43,718 nucleotides of DNA from Candidatus Staskawiczbacteria bacterium RIFCSPHIGHO2_01_FULL_39_25 (GCA_001820095.1 MHOO01000003.1:66987-110704), one strand, 5' to 3'. Counted from the first letter of the stretch, positions 17,084 to 26,601 are shown. Program-made: numbers and translations. Notes: generated by a model from the letters alone, not told the origin.

Positions 17084-18778
17084 ATGAAACCGTGGAGGTC
17101 ATACATAATATTTTCAGTGTATTTTTTGTTAGCGGCAATTATTATTAGCCGCTTATTTTATATCCAGGTGATTAATGGCAAATTATACCAAGCCCAAGCT
17201 TTGGGCCAGCAGGTTGCCTTTAGGGAAGTAAAAGGGGATCGGGGGGAGGTTTTCTTTGAAAATAGCAAGGAAAGCTATGGCAAATATGGTTCAGGCCAAT
17301 TAAAAAGCCTGGCGGTAAACCAGCAAGAGTGGTTAATGTACGCCATACCAAAAAAAATTCCCGATAAAAATGCGTTTGCAAAAACGCTTAGTGAAAATAC
17401 CAAACTTACAAAAGAATTTATCCTTGCCAAACTGGGGGAGTCTGAATCATATGTAATTTTAAAAAAAGAGCTCTTAGAAGATGATGTTGAGCCCTTAAAA
17501 AAATTACAATTGGAAGGGCTCTATTGGGAGAAATCTTCGGGCAGGTACTATCCGCAAGAACGGCTGGCTTCCCAGGTAGTAGGATTTTTAGGGGGAAATT
17601 TACAGGGCCAGTATGGCTTAGAAGGGCATTATGAAGAAATATTGAAAGGAAAAGAGGGGATAGAAGAAGAAAAAAGCGGTTTGGCGCTTATTGATTCTGA
17701 TCAAACCCAGCGGTACTTGAATGGATCAGATTTATACCTAACCATAGATTATAATATCCAGTTCCAGGCAGAATCCCTTTTAAAAGAAGCTAAAAAAAAT
17801 ATTGATATAGAGTCAGGCCAGATTATTGTGTTAAAGCCCGATTCTGGCAGAATTTTAGCCTTAGCTAATTTTCCTTCGTTTGATCCCAACAAATATTCAC
17901 AAGAAACCGGCTTTGATATTTTCCAGAATTCGGCGATCCAGAAAATTTTTGAACCCGGGTCGGTGTTCAAGCCTTTTACCATGGCCATTGCCCTCAATGA
18001 AGGGAAGGTTATCCCGGAAACAACGTTTAACGATACTGGTTCGGTTACCATAGGCCCTGATACGATCAATAATTTTGACCATAAAAAATACGGCCTCCAG
18101 AAAATGTCGGGCATTTTAGAAAAGTCTATTAATACGGGCGCGGTATTTCTTTCTAAATCAGCATCTCGCCAAACGTTTATAGATTACTTAGAGAAGTTTG
18201 GTTTTAATAATAAAACCGGAGTTGACTTGCAGGGAGAAGTCGCTTCTAAAAATGACCTTTTGAAAAAGGGTTCAGAGTTTGGTTTTGCCACTGCTTCCTT
18301 TGGGCAGGGGATTGAAATGACGCCTATACAGCTTGCCCGATCCTTTTGCATCTTTGCTAACGGTGGAAGATTAGTAAAGCCCTATATTGTTGAAAAAATT
18401 GTCCATGGAGCAGAAGAAATGATGATTAAGCCCGACATTTCAGGGCCGGTAATTTCAGAAAAAACAGCGTCAGAGGTTACCGCCATGCTTATTAACGTGG
18501 TAGACCGGGGGTTTGGAGATGTGGCAAAAATTAACGGGTATTATTTAGCGGGAAAAACGGGAACGGCCCAAGTTCCCTTTAAAGACAAGAAGGGGTATTA
18601 TCCGGATAAAACAATCCAAAGCTTTATTGGTTTTGGCCCGGCATTGAACCCGCAGTTTTTAATACTGGTAAAACTAGATAATCCAAAAGTTCCCAAATCA
18701 GCCCTTTCAGCAGCGCCTATTTTCAGAAAACTAGCCCAGTATATTATCAACTATTGGCAGATACCGCCTGACTACTAG
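17084..18778 (+). CDS. ftsI: Class B penicillin-binding protein (FtsI/PBP2 family)
   Basis: RYYP, GLEG, LTID, EPGSVFK (SxxK), KSIN (SxN), KTGTAQ. Confidence 0.9.
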   Translation: MKPWRSYIIFSVYFLLAAIIISRLFYIQVINGKLYQAQALGQQVAFREVKGDRGEVFFENSKESYGKYGSGQLKSLAVNQQEWLMYAIPKKIPDKNAFAKTLSENTKLTKEFILAKLGESESYVILKKELLEDDVEPLKKLQLEGLYWEKSSGRYYPQERLASQVVGFLGGNLQGQYGLEGHYEEILKGKEGIEEEKSGLALIDSDQTQRYLNGSDLYLTIDYNIQFQAESLLKEAKKNIDIESGQIIVLKPDSGRILALANFPSFDPNKYSQETGFDIFQNSAIQKIFEPGSVFKPFTMAIALNEGKVIPETTFNDTGSVTIGPDTINNFDHKKYGLQKMSGILEKSINTGAVFLSKSASRQTFIDYLEKFGFNNKTGVDLQGEVASKNDLLKKGSEFGFATASFGQGIEMTPIQLARSFCIFANGGRLVKPYIVEKIVHGAEEMMIKPDISGPVISEKTASEVTAMLINVVDRGFGDVAKINGYYLAGKTGTAQVPFKDKKGYYPDKTIQSFIGFGPALNPQFLILVKLDNPKVPKSALSAAPIFRKLAQYIINYWQIPPDY

Positions 18779-18866
18779 AAGATGGAAGCTTGCAGCTAGA
18801 AGCTGATCTTTAGTTTCCAAGAAAAAAGCGAAGTGGTTAGCTTCGCTCTATTTTTTACTCTAGGTT

Positions 18867-19403
18867 TTATTTCCCTAATGGATATCCTCCAATCTGCATC
18901 CAATCCTGAGCTTCACCTTCGGTGCGATACAGATAGACCTTGTCTACCAGAAATTTCATACTGGCTGGTAGTGACAACGATGCAATCATCTTCTCCTTGA
19001 TAGACTGCGGAACGTTGCCGTAGTACAGGCTTAAATGTGGCATATAGGCATTCACATCCTGCACGCCGAACATTTCCAACGCCTTTTGGTGATATTCTTC
19101 CATTTTGGCGTTGGGTTCTGCCTTGCAGTACAACGCTCGGAAGTAGGCATCTTCAATAAGGATTTCTTTTGGTTCAACCTCAAATGGTTGCATCGTAGCA
19201 GCAAGCTGTTGGGTTTTGGCGACGAGTTCAGCTTCTTCGGCTTTGGGAATCCGTGCTAACAAGGTCAGGTGCGGTTCAAACTTCACGCCACTGTACTTCT
19301 CGGCGAGTGTATTGATAGTGCTTTGCAGGCTATCAAAGAGTTCTCCTTGAGGAAGGAAGAATAGGTGATAGCCGATGGTTTTGCTGTCTTTTGGATCAAA
19401 CAT
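18867..19403 (-). CDS. 2H phosphoesterase (cyclic phosphodiesterase / 2'-5' RNA ligase family)
   Basis: Two HxT/S motifs, FEPHLTL and YMPHLSL; GGAG SD. Confidence 0.88.
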   Translation of the reverse strand: MFDPKDSKTIGYHLFFLPQGELFDSLQSTINTLAEKYSGVKFEPHLTLLARIPKAEEAELVAKTQQLAATMQPFEVEPKEILIEDAYFRALYCKAEPNAKMEEYHQKALEMFGVQDVNAYMPHLSLYYGNVPQSIKEKMIASLSLPASMKFLVDKVYLYRTEGEAQDWMQIGGYPLGK

Positions 19404-19478
19404 GGTTTTTCTCCATTGTAACTGGTTTCCAAAAAAGAAGAAAGCGAAGCATCTGAGCTTCGCTTTTACTAAAAGGAT

Positions 19479-19640
19479 TCAACGTGGTTCACCTGTGATG
19501 ATAATCTTGATGATCATCACAAATGCAAATCCAATCGCCAAGAAGCCACAGGTGAGGAAAATTCCAAACACCCACGCACTTAGCGTTGGATGCCCGATCA
19601 CTTCGGGTTCTTCCAGACGGGAATACGATTCTTGAGGCAT
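19479..19640 (-). CDS. 53-aa single-pass membrane protein (not in ORF track)
   Basis: Purine-rich AAAGGGGG before ATG; MPQESYSRLEEPEVIGHPTLSAWVFGIFLTCGFLAIGFAFVMIIKIIITGEPR. Confidence 0.6.
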   Translation of the reverse strand: MPQESYSRLEEPEVIGHPTLSAWVFGIFLTCGFLAIGFAFVMIIKIIITGEPR

Positions 19641-19668
19641 ACCATTCCCCCTTTCTTATTTGAAGTTA

Positions 19669-20124
19669 TTATTGCTTTTGAATCAGCGTTACCACAAGCA
19701 ACGCAATCCATAGAACAATAATACCAAAGTAGACAAGTGTAAGCCCCCGAGTATGAGTGACGAATGGCTGAAACCTCTTACCCCTGCGTGGAGAAATTTC
19801 GGCAATGCGATGAAAAAATCCATTGGGAATCCCTAATTGGAACTCAAGTTCATTCCCTCGCTGAAGCAAAGCAACAAACAAATGGATTGTGCGTCGTTCT
19901 ATAATCACCAGAGCTACCCAGAAAATCATTGCCAAGCCAAAGATGGCAATACCCATAGAAGTATTTTCTTTGATAGTCTGATTATAGAAATTCAGAAGAG
20001 CTGATTGAATGCTCATCGCGAAAGCTGCCGTGAGAAAACGGATGTTTACGAAGAACTTATATCCGTCAAACACTAGCTTATACTCGTCCCGAGAGTTCTG
20101 TTGGTCTGGTGGGTCTGTAGTCAC
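19669..20124 (-). CDS. Hypothetical multi-pass membrane protein
   Basis: Start reassigned to GTG 20124 after AAGGAG; about 3 hydrophobic helices; promoter TTGCTA-17-TAATAT at 20196-20168. Confidence 0.7.
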   Translation of the reverse strand: MTTDPPDQQNSRDEYKLVFDGYKFFVNIRFLTAAFAMSIQSALLNFYNQTIKENTSMGIAIFGLAMIFWVALVIIERRTIHLFVALLQRGNELEFQLGIPNGFFHRIAEISPRRGKRFQPFVTHTRGLTLVYFGIIVLWIALLVVTLIQKQ

Positions 20125-20185
20125 GATTGACTCCTTGTTAAGTTGTTTAAGAGCGAATGTGGTTTTTATATTACCACAAGATATA

Positions 20186-20776
20186 TTAAATAGCAAGCTC
20201 TCTAATCTCCGCAGTTTCCAGGTGTGGGACAAGCCGATGATGACTTACGGGCTTTCCTGAAAAGTGTGTGTGTAGGATTTGGAGCACATCACCATGCGAA
20301 ACAAGTAGTATTTTTTTACCTTTATACTTTTTATCTAATTGCTTAATTAGGATTAGAACTCTTTTAAGGATTTTATTTGGGCTTTCCGCTCCTCGGTGTT
20401 TATGGTTAGCATTTTTCTTATCGTAGTCCCACACGATTTTGATATTATCCAACGAGGTCTTATCATATTTGCCAAAATATCTTTCTCGCAGATTTTTATG
20501 AAAGTTAATCTTTTTTGCACCAATTAATTTGCGTGCGATCTCAGCTGTTTCTTTTGCTCTTAAAAAATCTGACGAATAGATAACAACATCAGAATCTAAT
20601 ATCTTCTTTTTCTTGTTTTTTGAAACAGAATCTTTGACTTGCTTTTTCCCTTTTGGCGAAAGCCCATAACTAACCGTACCCTCTTTTGGATGGCTTAAAA
20701 GAATATGTGCCACATTTGCCTTGCTTTCTCCGTGGCGGATAATAAAATACCTGTTTTTAAGTGATTTTGTTGCCAA
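20186..20776 (-). CDS. Histidine phosphatase superfamily protein
   Basis: IIRHGES, YSSDFLRAKET, LRERYFG, GAES, LLVSHGD. Start moved to TTG 20776 because the longer ORF runs into the tRNA. Confidence 0.9.
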   Translation of the reverse strand: MATKSLKNRYFIIRHGESKANVAHILLSHPKEGTVSYGLSPKGKKQVKDSVSKNKKKKILDSDVVIYSSDFLRAKETAEIARKLIGAKKINFHKNLRERYFGKYDKTSLDNIKIVWDYDKKNANHKHRGAESPNKILKRVLILIKQLDKKYKGKKILLVSHGDVLQILHTHFSGKPVSHHRLVPHLETAEIRELAI

Positions 20777-20809
20777 GTTTTTAAAATTATAGCGATATAT
20801 TTTGCTTTG

Positions 20810-20884
20810 CGGTCCCAACCGGATTTGAACCGGTGTTACATGGATGAGAACCATGCGTCCTAGACCGGGCTAGACGATGGGACC
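20810..20884 (-). tRNA. tRNA-Glu(CUC)
   Basis: GGTCCCA/TGGGACC acceptor, CATGG-TT-CTC-AT-CCATG, GTTCAAATC. Confidence 0.93.
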
Positions 20885-20978
20885 ATGGAATGATTATTAC
20901 TAATTTACCATATTTTACCTGCTTTGGAAAGATGACGTTGTTGTAAATAATAGGGTTGTATAGTAGAATTAACCTACT

Positions 20979-21200
20979 ATGAAGATTATTATCAAAGCAA
21001 AACCGGGAAGCAAGGAAGATAAAATTGAAAAGGTAGATGAGGCGAATTATACCGTATATGTAAAAGCGCTTCCGGTAGATGGAAAAGCTAATGCGGCGAT
21101 TATTAAAGTTCTTGCAGATTATTTTGATATTAGCCAGTCTTTAGTGGAGATAATCTCCGGCCATATGGCAAGGAGCAAGGTAATAGAAATCAGCAACTAA
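20979..21200 (+). CDS. DUF167 (YggU/UPF0235) protein
   Basis: KAKPGS, VKALPVDGKANAAII, IISGHMARSK. Confidence 0.9.
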   Translation: MKIIIKAKPGSKEDKIEKVDEANYTVYVKALPVDGKANAAIIKVLADYFDISQSLVEIISGHMARSKVIEISN

Positions 21201-21346
21201 AATCTGTTTTACAAAACAAAAATCAACTTCAAGGTTGATTTTTTGCTGTAATTTTGTTAGAAATAACCCGTATCGTTGTTCTTTTCCAATGTAAGTGGAA
21301 AAATCCGTCAGTTCTTGGTTTAAAACCCCAACCAAAGGAGAAAGCC

Positions 21347-22003
21347 GTGAATGAAAAACCAGTCATTGAAATGTTTGAAGATTGTGATGCAATTTGGATG
21401 CATGATGGCAATCCCAAAATGCCCCATGCCGAATTGACCACAGGCTTTTGCAGTAATGGATACTTTGATTGCCGCAGGGTATTAATGTATCCATGGCTTT
21501 GCAGAAAACTTGCGGAAAGGCTTTGCTATAAAATGGTTATGGAAGGCATTACAAACTATGTACACTGGAGTGCAGGGTCCTCTTACTCTGCCATAACGTT
21601 TTCCTACGAACTTGCCGGGATGTTCAGAGTAAAACACGGATTTACTGAAAAAGACCCTTTAGACCCAATAGGTAAAAAAATGATTTGGAAAGGAGGAGTA
21701 ATTCCTCCGGAAGAAAGGGTTCTGCAAATAGAAGAACTCATTACCACTAGCCATACTTTATTTGAAGTTCGCCGGGCTATTCAAGAGGCAAATCCTAATC
21801 CGGTCAACTTCTTGCCGGTCGTGGGCTGTATTGTTCACCGACCTAAAAAACTTCCCGTTCATTATGAGGGAATCAAAATAATTTCTTTAATTGAGAAGGA
21901 AATTTGGACAGAAAAACCGGAAAATTGCCCTCTTTGCAAAACAGGTTCAAGGCGGTTACGCCCTCGGGGCAATTGGAAAGAATTAACAACCGGCAAGAAA
22001 TAA
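21347..22003 (+). CDS. Type I phosphoribosyltransferase, orotate PRTase-like
   Basis: AAGGAG plus GTG start; HAELTTG..SNGYFD, IEELITTSHT (PRPP loop variant), CPLCKTG tail. Confidence 0.75.
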   Translation: MNEKPVIEMFEDCDAIWMHDGNPKMPHAELTTGFCSNGYFDCRRVLMYPWLCRKLAERLCYKMVMEGITNYVHWSAGSSYSAITFSYELAGMFRVKHGFTEKDPLDPIGKKMIWKGGVIPPEERVLQIEELITTSHTLFEVRRAIQEANPNPVNFLPVVGCIVHRPKKLPVHYEGIKIISLIEKEIWTEKPENCPLCKTGSRRLRPRGNWKELTTGKK

Positions 22004-22034
22004 TAACTTGCTAAAAGTTTAATAGTGCAAATAA

Positions 22035-22063
22035 AGCCGTTGGTTTCCCTACGGCTCTTTTTT
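22035..22063 (+). terminator. Terminator
   Basis: AGCCGT/ACGGCT stem plus T-run. Confidence 0.65.
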
Positions 22064-22109
22064 ACAGTTAAGGCTTGAAAAAAAACTTTAAAAATGTACA
22101 CTGAACTTA

Positions 22110-23792
22110 ATGAAAATAAAGAAAAAGAAGGTAAAAGTAAAAAGAATCCCAAAAAAGAAAAAATTGCCAAAAGCAAAGAAAGTTTTTATTAAAGCTAAAA
22201 AAAGCAAATCAGTTAAAGCAGTAAAGAAACCTGTAAAAAAGAAAAAAGTTCTGAAGCGTTCCGTAAAACGTATTGCAAAGAAAAAATCTTCAGCGAAAAC
22301 CAAAGCCCGTAAAAAAGTTGCAAAAATTAAAAAGAAAACACCTAAGCCCAGAAGAACATTAGCAATCAAGAAAATCATTAAAAAGAAACAGCCGCCAAGA
22401 GCATTCAAAGCCAGCAGGCCAAAAGAAGATTTCCCGGCAGAATCATTTTTCAAGGCGAAGATAAAAGTCATTGGCATTGGCGGGGGCGGGGGGTCTATTG
22501 TTTCAGAAATCGGCAGATCGCTTAACAAGGCCACATTTGTCATTGCCGATACCGATATGCGGGCTTTTAAAAAACGTTCTGGCATTAAGTATTTTTTATT
22601 CGGGCAGGAGCTTACCCATGGTTTGGGTACCGGGTTAAACCCCGTATTAGCAAGAATTGCCGCTGAACAGGAAAAAGACCGGATTGCCAAGCTGTTTGAA
22701 GACCAGGACATTGTTATTTTTATTGCCTCATTGGGCGGCGGGCTGGGGTCGGGGGCTACTAAGGTATTTGCCGAAACCTTAAAGGATTTTGGCGGCATTA
22801 CGTTTGGCATCTTCACCTTGCCTTTTAAATTTGAAGGAAAGCATAAGTACAAAATAGCCTATAAAGCACTGCGGGAATTACGAAAATCACTGAATGTTTC
22901 CATTACCATACCCAATGAAAGAATCTTTAAGATTATTGACTCAAATACGGCCATTACCGAAGCCTTTTCCATTGTCAATAAAAATTTAATTGGGTCGCTG
23001 GAAAGCCTCATTGACCTTATTTATAACCCGGGAGTCATTAACATTGACTTTGCCGATTTGCGGGCTATCCTACGGGGAAAGGGGAATTTGGCGTTCTTAA
23101 ATACCGCCGAGGTATCAGGCAAAGACCGGGTGGAAAAAATATCCCAGGAAATTTTATATAACCCTTTATACCAAAGCAATAATTTCATTGCGGAGAAAAT
23201 TTTATTTAATATTGCCGGGTCAGGAAGCCTAAGCATGCTGGAAGTTGATAAAATCAGCAGCGCCATTGCCAAAACAAACCCCAAAGCAAAAATTATTTTT
23301 GGCATTTCCAAAAATGCAAAATATAAAAATAAGATAAAGGCAACTTTGTTAATGACCGGATCGCCAAGCATTGCCGATGTTTTGGTGGCAAAAGAGGAGG
23401 CAAAGCCAGCTTCGGTTCGCCGAAGCTTTAGCGAAGGCGACTTAAAGATTGAAAAGAAAAAGGCAAAAAGTAGCCCCGCCAAAGCAAAAAAGAAACCGGC
23501 AGTAAAAAAAGAACCAGCGCCAACAGAAAAAAGCGAAGAACTAACGCCTTTGCTAGAACCCTTAACTCCAGTTGGTTTTAATGTTGTGCCACTTGATGCG
23601 GGTTTGAAAAAGTTAAATATTATTGATGCTGCTGCCGACCCTGCGCTCAATAGTGCCGTGGCAGACCAGCCTAAAAAAACTATACGAAGGACCGCTCTAG
23701 AAATAAAAAAAGCCCAGGATTCAGAAGAAAATAAAAAAACCCGGCAGGAGGAAGAGTGGGAAATCCCGGCGTTCCTAAGGGTGAAAAAATAG
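22110..23792 (+). CDS. ftsZ: FtsZ, divergent, with long Lys-rich N-terminal extension
   Basis: KVIGIGGGGG, DTD, SLGGGLGSG, LPFKFEG, INIDFAD and C-terminal WEIPAFLR. Confidence 0.92.
   Translation: MKIKKKKVKVKRIPKKKKLPKAKKVFIKAKKSKSVKAVKKPVKKKKVLKRSVKRIAKKKSSAKTKARKKVAKIKKKTPKPRRTLAIKKIIKKKQPPRAFKASRPKEDFPAESFFKAKIKVIGIGGGGGSIVSEIGRSLNKATFVIADTDMRAFKKRSGIKYFLFGQELTHGLGTGLNPVLARIAAEQEKDRIAKLFEDQDIVIFIASLGGGLGSGATKVFAETLKDFGGITFGIFTLPFKFEGKHKYKIAYKALRELRKSLNVSITIPNERIFKIIDSNTAITEAFSIVNKNLIGSLESLIDLIYNPGVINIDFADLRAILRGKGNLAFLNTAEVSGKDRVEKISQEILYNPLYQSNNFIAEKILFNIAGSGSLSMLEVDKISSAIAKTNPKAKIIFGISKNAKYKNKIKATLLMTGSPSIADVLVAKEEAKPASVRRSFSEGDLKIEKKKAKSSPAKAKKKPAVKKEPAPTEKSEELTPLLEPLTPVGFNVVPLDAGLKKLNIIDAAADPALNSAVADQPKKTIRRTALEIKKAQDSEENKKTRQEEEWEIPAFLRVKK
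23416..23440. repeat. REP-like unit inside the ftsZ linker (encodes RRSFSEG)
   Basis: 25-nt exact match to 8029-8053. Confidence 0.85.
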
Positions 23793-23795
23793 GTC

Positions 23796-23891
23796 TGCGT
23801 CAGTTTCGCGTAAAGTTTCGCGTCAGTTCTGCGATACATGACTCCGCAAAACAAACGCTAAATATAACGCAAAACAGACGCGAAAAATACC
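23796..23891 (+). repeat. Periodic hairpin variant (TTTCGCG/CGCAAAA units)
   Basis: CTGCGTCAGTTTCGCGTAAAGTTTCGCG ... CGCAAAACAAACGC...CGCAAAACAGACGCG before the galU start. Confidence 0.65.
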
Positions 23892-24776
23892 ATGGAGAAT
23901 AACGAGGAAGTGAGAAAGGCTATCATTCCCATTGCCGGCTTAGGCACGCGGTTTTTGCCGTTGTCGCTGGTTCTTTCCAAGGAATTTTTTCCCTTGGCCG
24001 ACAAGCCCATCATCCAATATATTATTGAAGAGGTAAAAAACTCGGGAATTAAAGAGGTGGTTTTTGTGGTAAGCCCGAAGCAAAAAATGGTCATGAATTA
24101 CTTTAAAAAATCTCCCGAAGTGGAAAAAGTTTTAATCCGCAGGAAAAAAGAAGCCCTATTAAAAGAACTGAAAGATTTTGAAGAAATGTTTGAAGGAATT
24201 TCTTTTTCTTTTGTCACCCAAAAAACGCCTAACGGTGATGGCCATGCCATTTTGCAAGCAGGAAAACTCCTCAAAAATGAACCGGTTGCCGTTTCTTTTG
24301 GAGACGATATTATAGCTTCCACAGAACCTGCCTTGGCCCAGCTCATCAATATTTTTAAGACCTGTAATGCCCCTATTATTGCCCTAAAAACCGTGCCAAG
24401 GGAAAAAGTGCCGGCATATGGTTCTGTGGCGGTAGAAAAAATTGCCCATAACCTGTATAAGATTAAAAAAATCATAGAAAAACCGGATCCTTCCCAGATA
24501 GAATCAAATTTAGTCATCGTAGGCAAATATGTTTTGACTCCCGAAGTATTTAGCTACCTAAAAAAGGCCCATCCTTCCAAAAAGGGAGAGGTTATTTTGG
24601 GCGAGGTTTTTGATAAAATGCTTAACGATGGCATTCCTATTTATGGGTACGAGGTAAAAGGGGATTGGCTTGAGTGTGGAGACAAGTTAAAATGGCTGAA
24701 ATCTTTCTTCTACACTTCTCTAAAAGACCCTATTTTCGGCAAAGAGTTGAAAGACTATCTCAAGAGCATTAAGTGA
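23892..24776 (+). CDS. galU: UTP--glucose-1-phosphate uridylyltransferase family
   Basis: KAIIPIAGLGTRFLP, KEFFPLADKP, GDGHAI, FGDD, IEKP, GKYVLTP, ECGDK. Confidence 0.88.
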   Translation: MENNEEVRKAIIPIAGLGTRFLPLSLVLSKEFFPLADKPIIQYIIEEVKNSGIKEVVFVVSPKQKMVMNYFKKSPEVEKVLIRRKKEALLKELKDFEEMFEGISFSFVTQKTPNGDGHAILQAGKLLKNEPVAVSFGDDIIASTEPALAQLINIFKTCNAPIIALKTVPREKVPAYGSVAVEKIAHNLYKIKKIIEKPDPSQIESNLVIVGKYVLTPEVFSYLKKAHPSKKGEVILGEVFDKMLNDGIPIYGYEVKGDWLECGDKLKWLKSFFYTSLKDPIFGKELKDYLKSIK

Positions 24777-24907
24777 GTAAGCCAAGTATTTATACTGGGA
24801 AAAAAGTGGGACGTCGGACGTCCCACTTTTTTAGTACGCCCTAACCCTAATTTTTAGTTTTTATAGTCGGGAAATAGTCCGTTTTAGGGCTATTTAATCC
24901 TAAAATC

Positions 24908-24936
24908 TTGACAGACATGCTTGAATATAGTATAAT
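24908..24936 (+). promoter_or_regulatory. Consensus sigma70 promoter
   Basis: TTGACA-17-TATAAT. Confidence 0.8.
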
Positions 24937-25082
24937 TAAGATATAGGGTAAAGACGGTCTTTTCCCTATAAAAAGCACACAAAAACCCGAATTTTCGGAC
25001 GGCCCCCACACCAAAAACTTCGGTTTTTGATAGGGGATAAACAACTCGGAAGCCGTAATTCCGATTATGGAGGAGGTGGCAG

Positions 25083-25331
25083 ATGAAGCACTTTGCATTG
25101 AGAGGCAAAACAAGCGAGGGAATCCATACCTTCAAGGAAGACGATCGGCTTGATCCTCGATTTGTCAGGGCGCTCTGTGGAAGGCTCTTCAAGAAGAGCA
25201 TTATCGCAGAGCATCATAGGGATAACGCAGGCTTTTGGTGCATGGAGTGCATGAAAAAGGAGGAGGATCTCGCAAAAGCCTCCTCTGACATCAAGAAGTC
25301 CCGGATTCGTTTTCCAGGAATGAAGCAATGA
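25083..25331 (+). CDS. 82-aa hypothetical protein, putative H-C-CxxC zinc finger
   Basis: GGAGGTGG SD; IHTF...ALCGR...CMEC. Confidence 0.75.
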   Translation: MKHFALRGKTSEGIHTFKEDDRLDPRFVRALCGRLFKKSIIAEHHRDNAGFWCMECMKKEEDLAKASSDIKKSRIRFPGMKQ

Positions 25332-25470
25332 CCTGAATACGTCACAAAGCTGCTTAAAGGTTACGGGAGAATACCTACATTAAATTTCTTCGCCACAACA
25401 AGGCCCCAAGGAAATATATTTTTCCGGGGCTTTTTTCTTTTTTAAAAATATTGTAGAATTGTTAAATACT

Positions 25471-26472
25471 ATGAAGGTTGCTTTTTTTGAAGTGAAAGAT
25501 TGGGAAAGGGAGTATTTAACAAACCAGCTCAACGATGTTGATGTTGCTTTTTTTTCAGAGAAACTTTCGGCAGAAAATGCTGATATGGTAAAAGAATGTG
25601 AAATTATTTCGGTTTTCGTAGATTCGCAAATTACCAAAGAAGTTATTGAAAAATTGCCAAATGTAAAAATGATTGCAACGCGATCTACCGGCTTTGACCA
25701 AATTGATATGCAGGCTTGCAAGGAGCGTAATATTACGGTATGCAATGTGCCTTCTTATGGGGAAAATACGGTGGCCGAACATACCTTTGCCCTGATTTTA
25801 GCGTTATCAAGGAAAATTTATCAGTCAGTTGACCAGGTAAAAGAAGAAGGTTTTACGATTAGCGGTTTGATTGGGTTTGATTTAAAAGGAAAAACTATTG
25901 GCATTGTGGGAATGGGGCATATTGGCCAGCACGTAGCGCGGATTGCCAAAGGCTTTGAAATGAATGTGGTGGCTTATGATACCAAACAAGATAAAAAACT
26001 GGCCAAAAAAATTGGATTTACGTACGTAAGCCTAGAGGATTTGCTAAAAAGTTCTGACATTATCACTTTACATTTGCCTTATAATGAAAAAACGCATCAC
26101 CTTGTCAGTGCTTCAAATATTAATTTGATTAAAAAGGGTGCTTATATTATCAATACTTCGCGGGGAGGTATTATTGAAACCGCAGCGTTAATTGAGGCGC
26201 TGGGTAAGGGAATTATTGCAGGCGCCGGCCTTGATGTACTGGAAGAAGAGTGTTTTATTAAAGAAGAAGCGCATTTGTTATCAAAAGATTTTTCTGAAAC
26301 GTGTGATATAAAAACGATGCTGCAAAACCATATTTTAATGGATAGAAAAGATGTTATTATTACTCCGCATAACGCATTTAATTCAAAAGAAGCGCTGGAG
26401 AGGATATTGGAGACAACTGTAACTAATATTATTTCATTTAATAAGGGTAGGAAGGTTAATATGGTTTCTTAA
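25471..26472 (+). CDS. D-2-hydroxyacid dehydrogenase (D-lactate dehydrogenase-like)
   Basis: ATRSTGFD, NVPSYG, VAEH, GIVGMGHIG, INTSRG, GLDVLEEE, TPHNAF. Confidence 0.93.
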   Translation: MKVAFFEVKDWEREYLTNQLNDVDVAFFSEKLSAENADMVKECEIISVFVDSQITKEVIEKLPNVKMIATRSTGFDQIDMQACKERNITVCNVPSYGENTVAEHTFALILALSRKIYQSVDQVKEEGFTISGLIGFDLKGKTIGIVGMGHIGQHVARIAKGFEMNVVAYDTKQDKKLAKKIGFTYVSLEDLLKSSDIITLHLPYNEKTHHLVSASNINLIKKGAYIINTSRGGIIETAALIEALGKGIIAGAGLDVLEEECFIKEEAHLLSKDFSETCDIKTMLQNHILMDRKDVIITPHNAFNSKEALERILETTVTNIISFNKGRKVNMVS

Positions 26473-26477
26473 AATTA

Positions 26478-26601
26478 TTTTGAATCTAGAATTTCGTATC
26501 TTGAAGCTTGAATTGAATAATGAATTTAGAATGTGAATTTTTACATTCAGTATTCTTGATTCTATTCTAGCTTCCAGATTCAAGATACTGAATTCACGTT
26601 T
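26478..26601 (+). repeat. 7-nt periodic hairpin, type C
   Basis: Similar to 37126-37244 and 9594-9707 (CAAGATACTGAATTCA). Confidence 0.8.

Noticed and set aside
20777-20854. Extended N-terminus of the histidine phosphatase
   Set aside because: Overlaps tRNA-Glu on the same strand.
18790-20884. Prophage or integrative element at tRNA-Glu
   Set aside because: No integrase, no duplicated tRNA 3' end and no phage genes seen.
22088-23854. Long minus-strand ORFs (254 and 277 aa) over ftsZ
   Set aside because: Phe-rich mirror of the Lys-rich sense strand; no motifs or expression signals.
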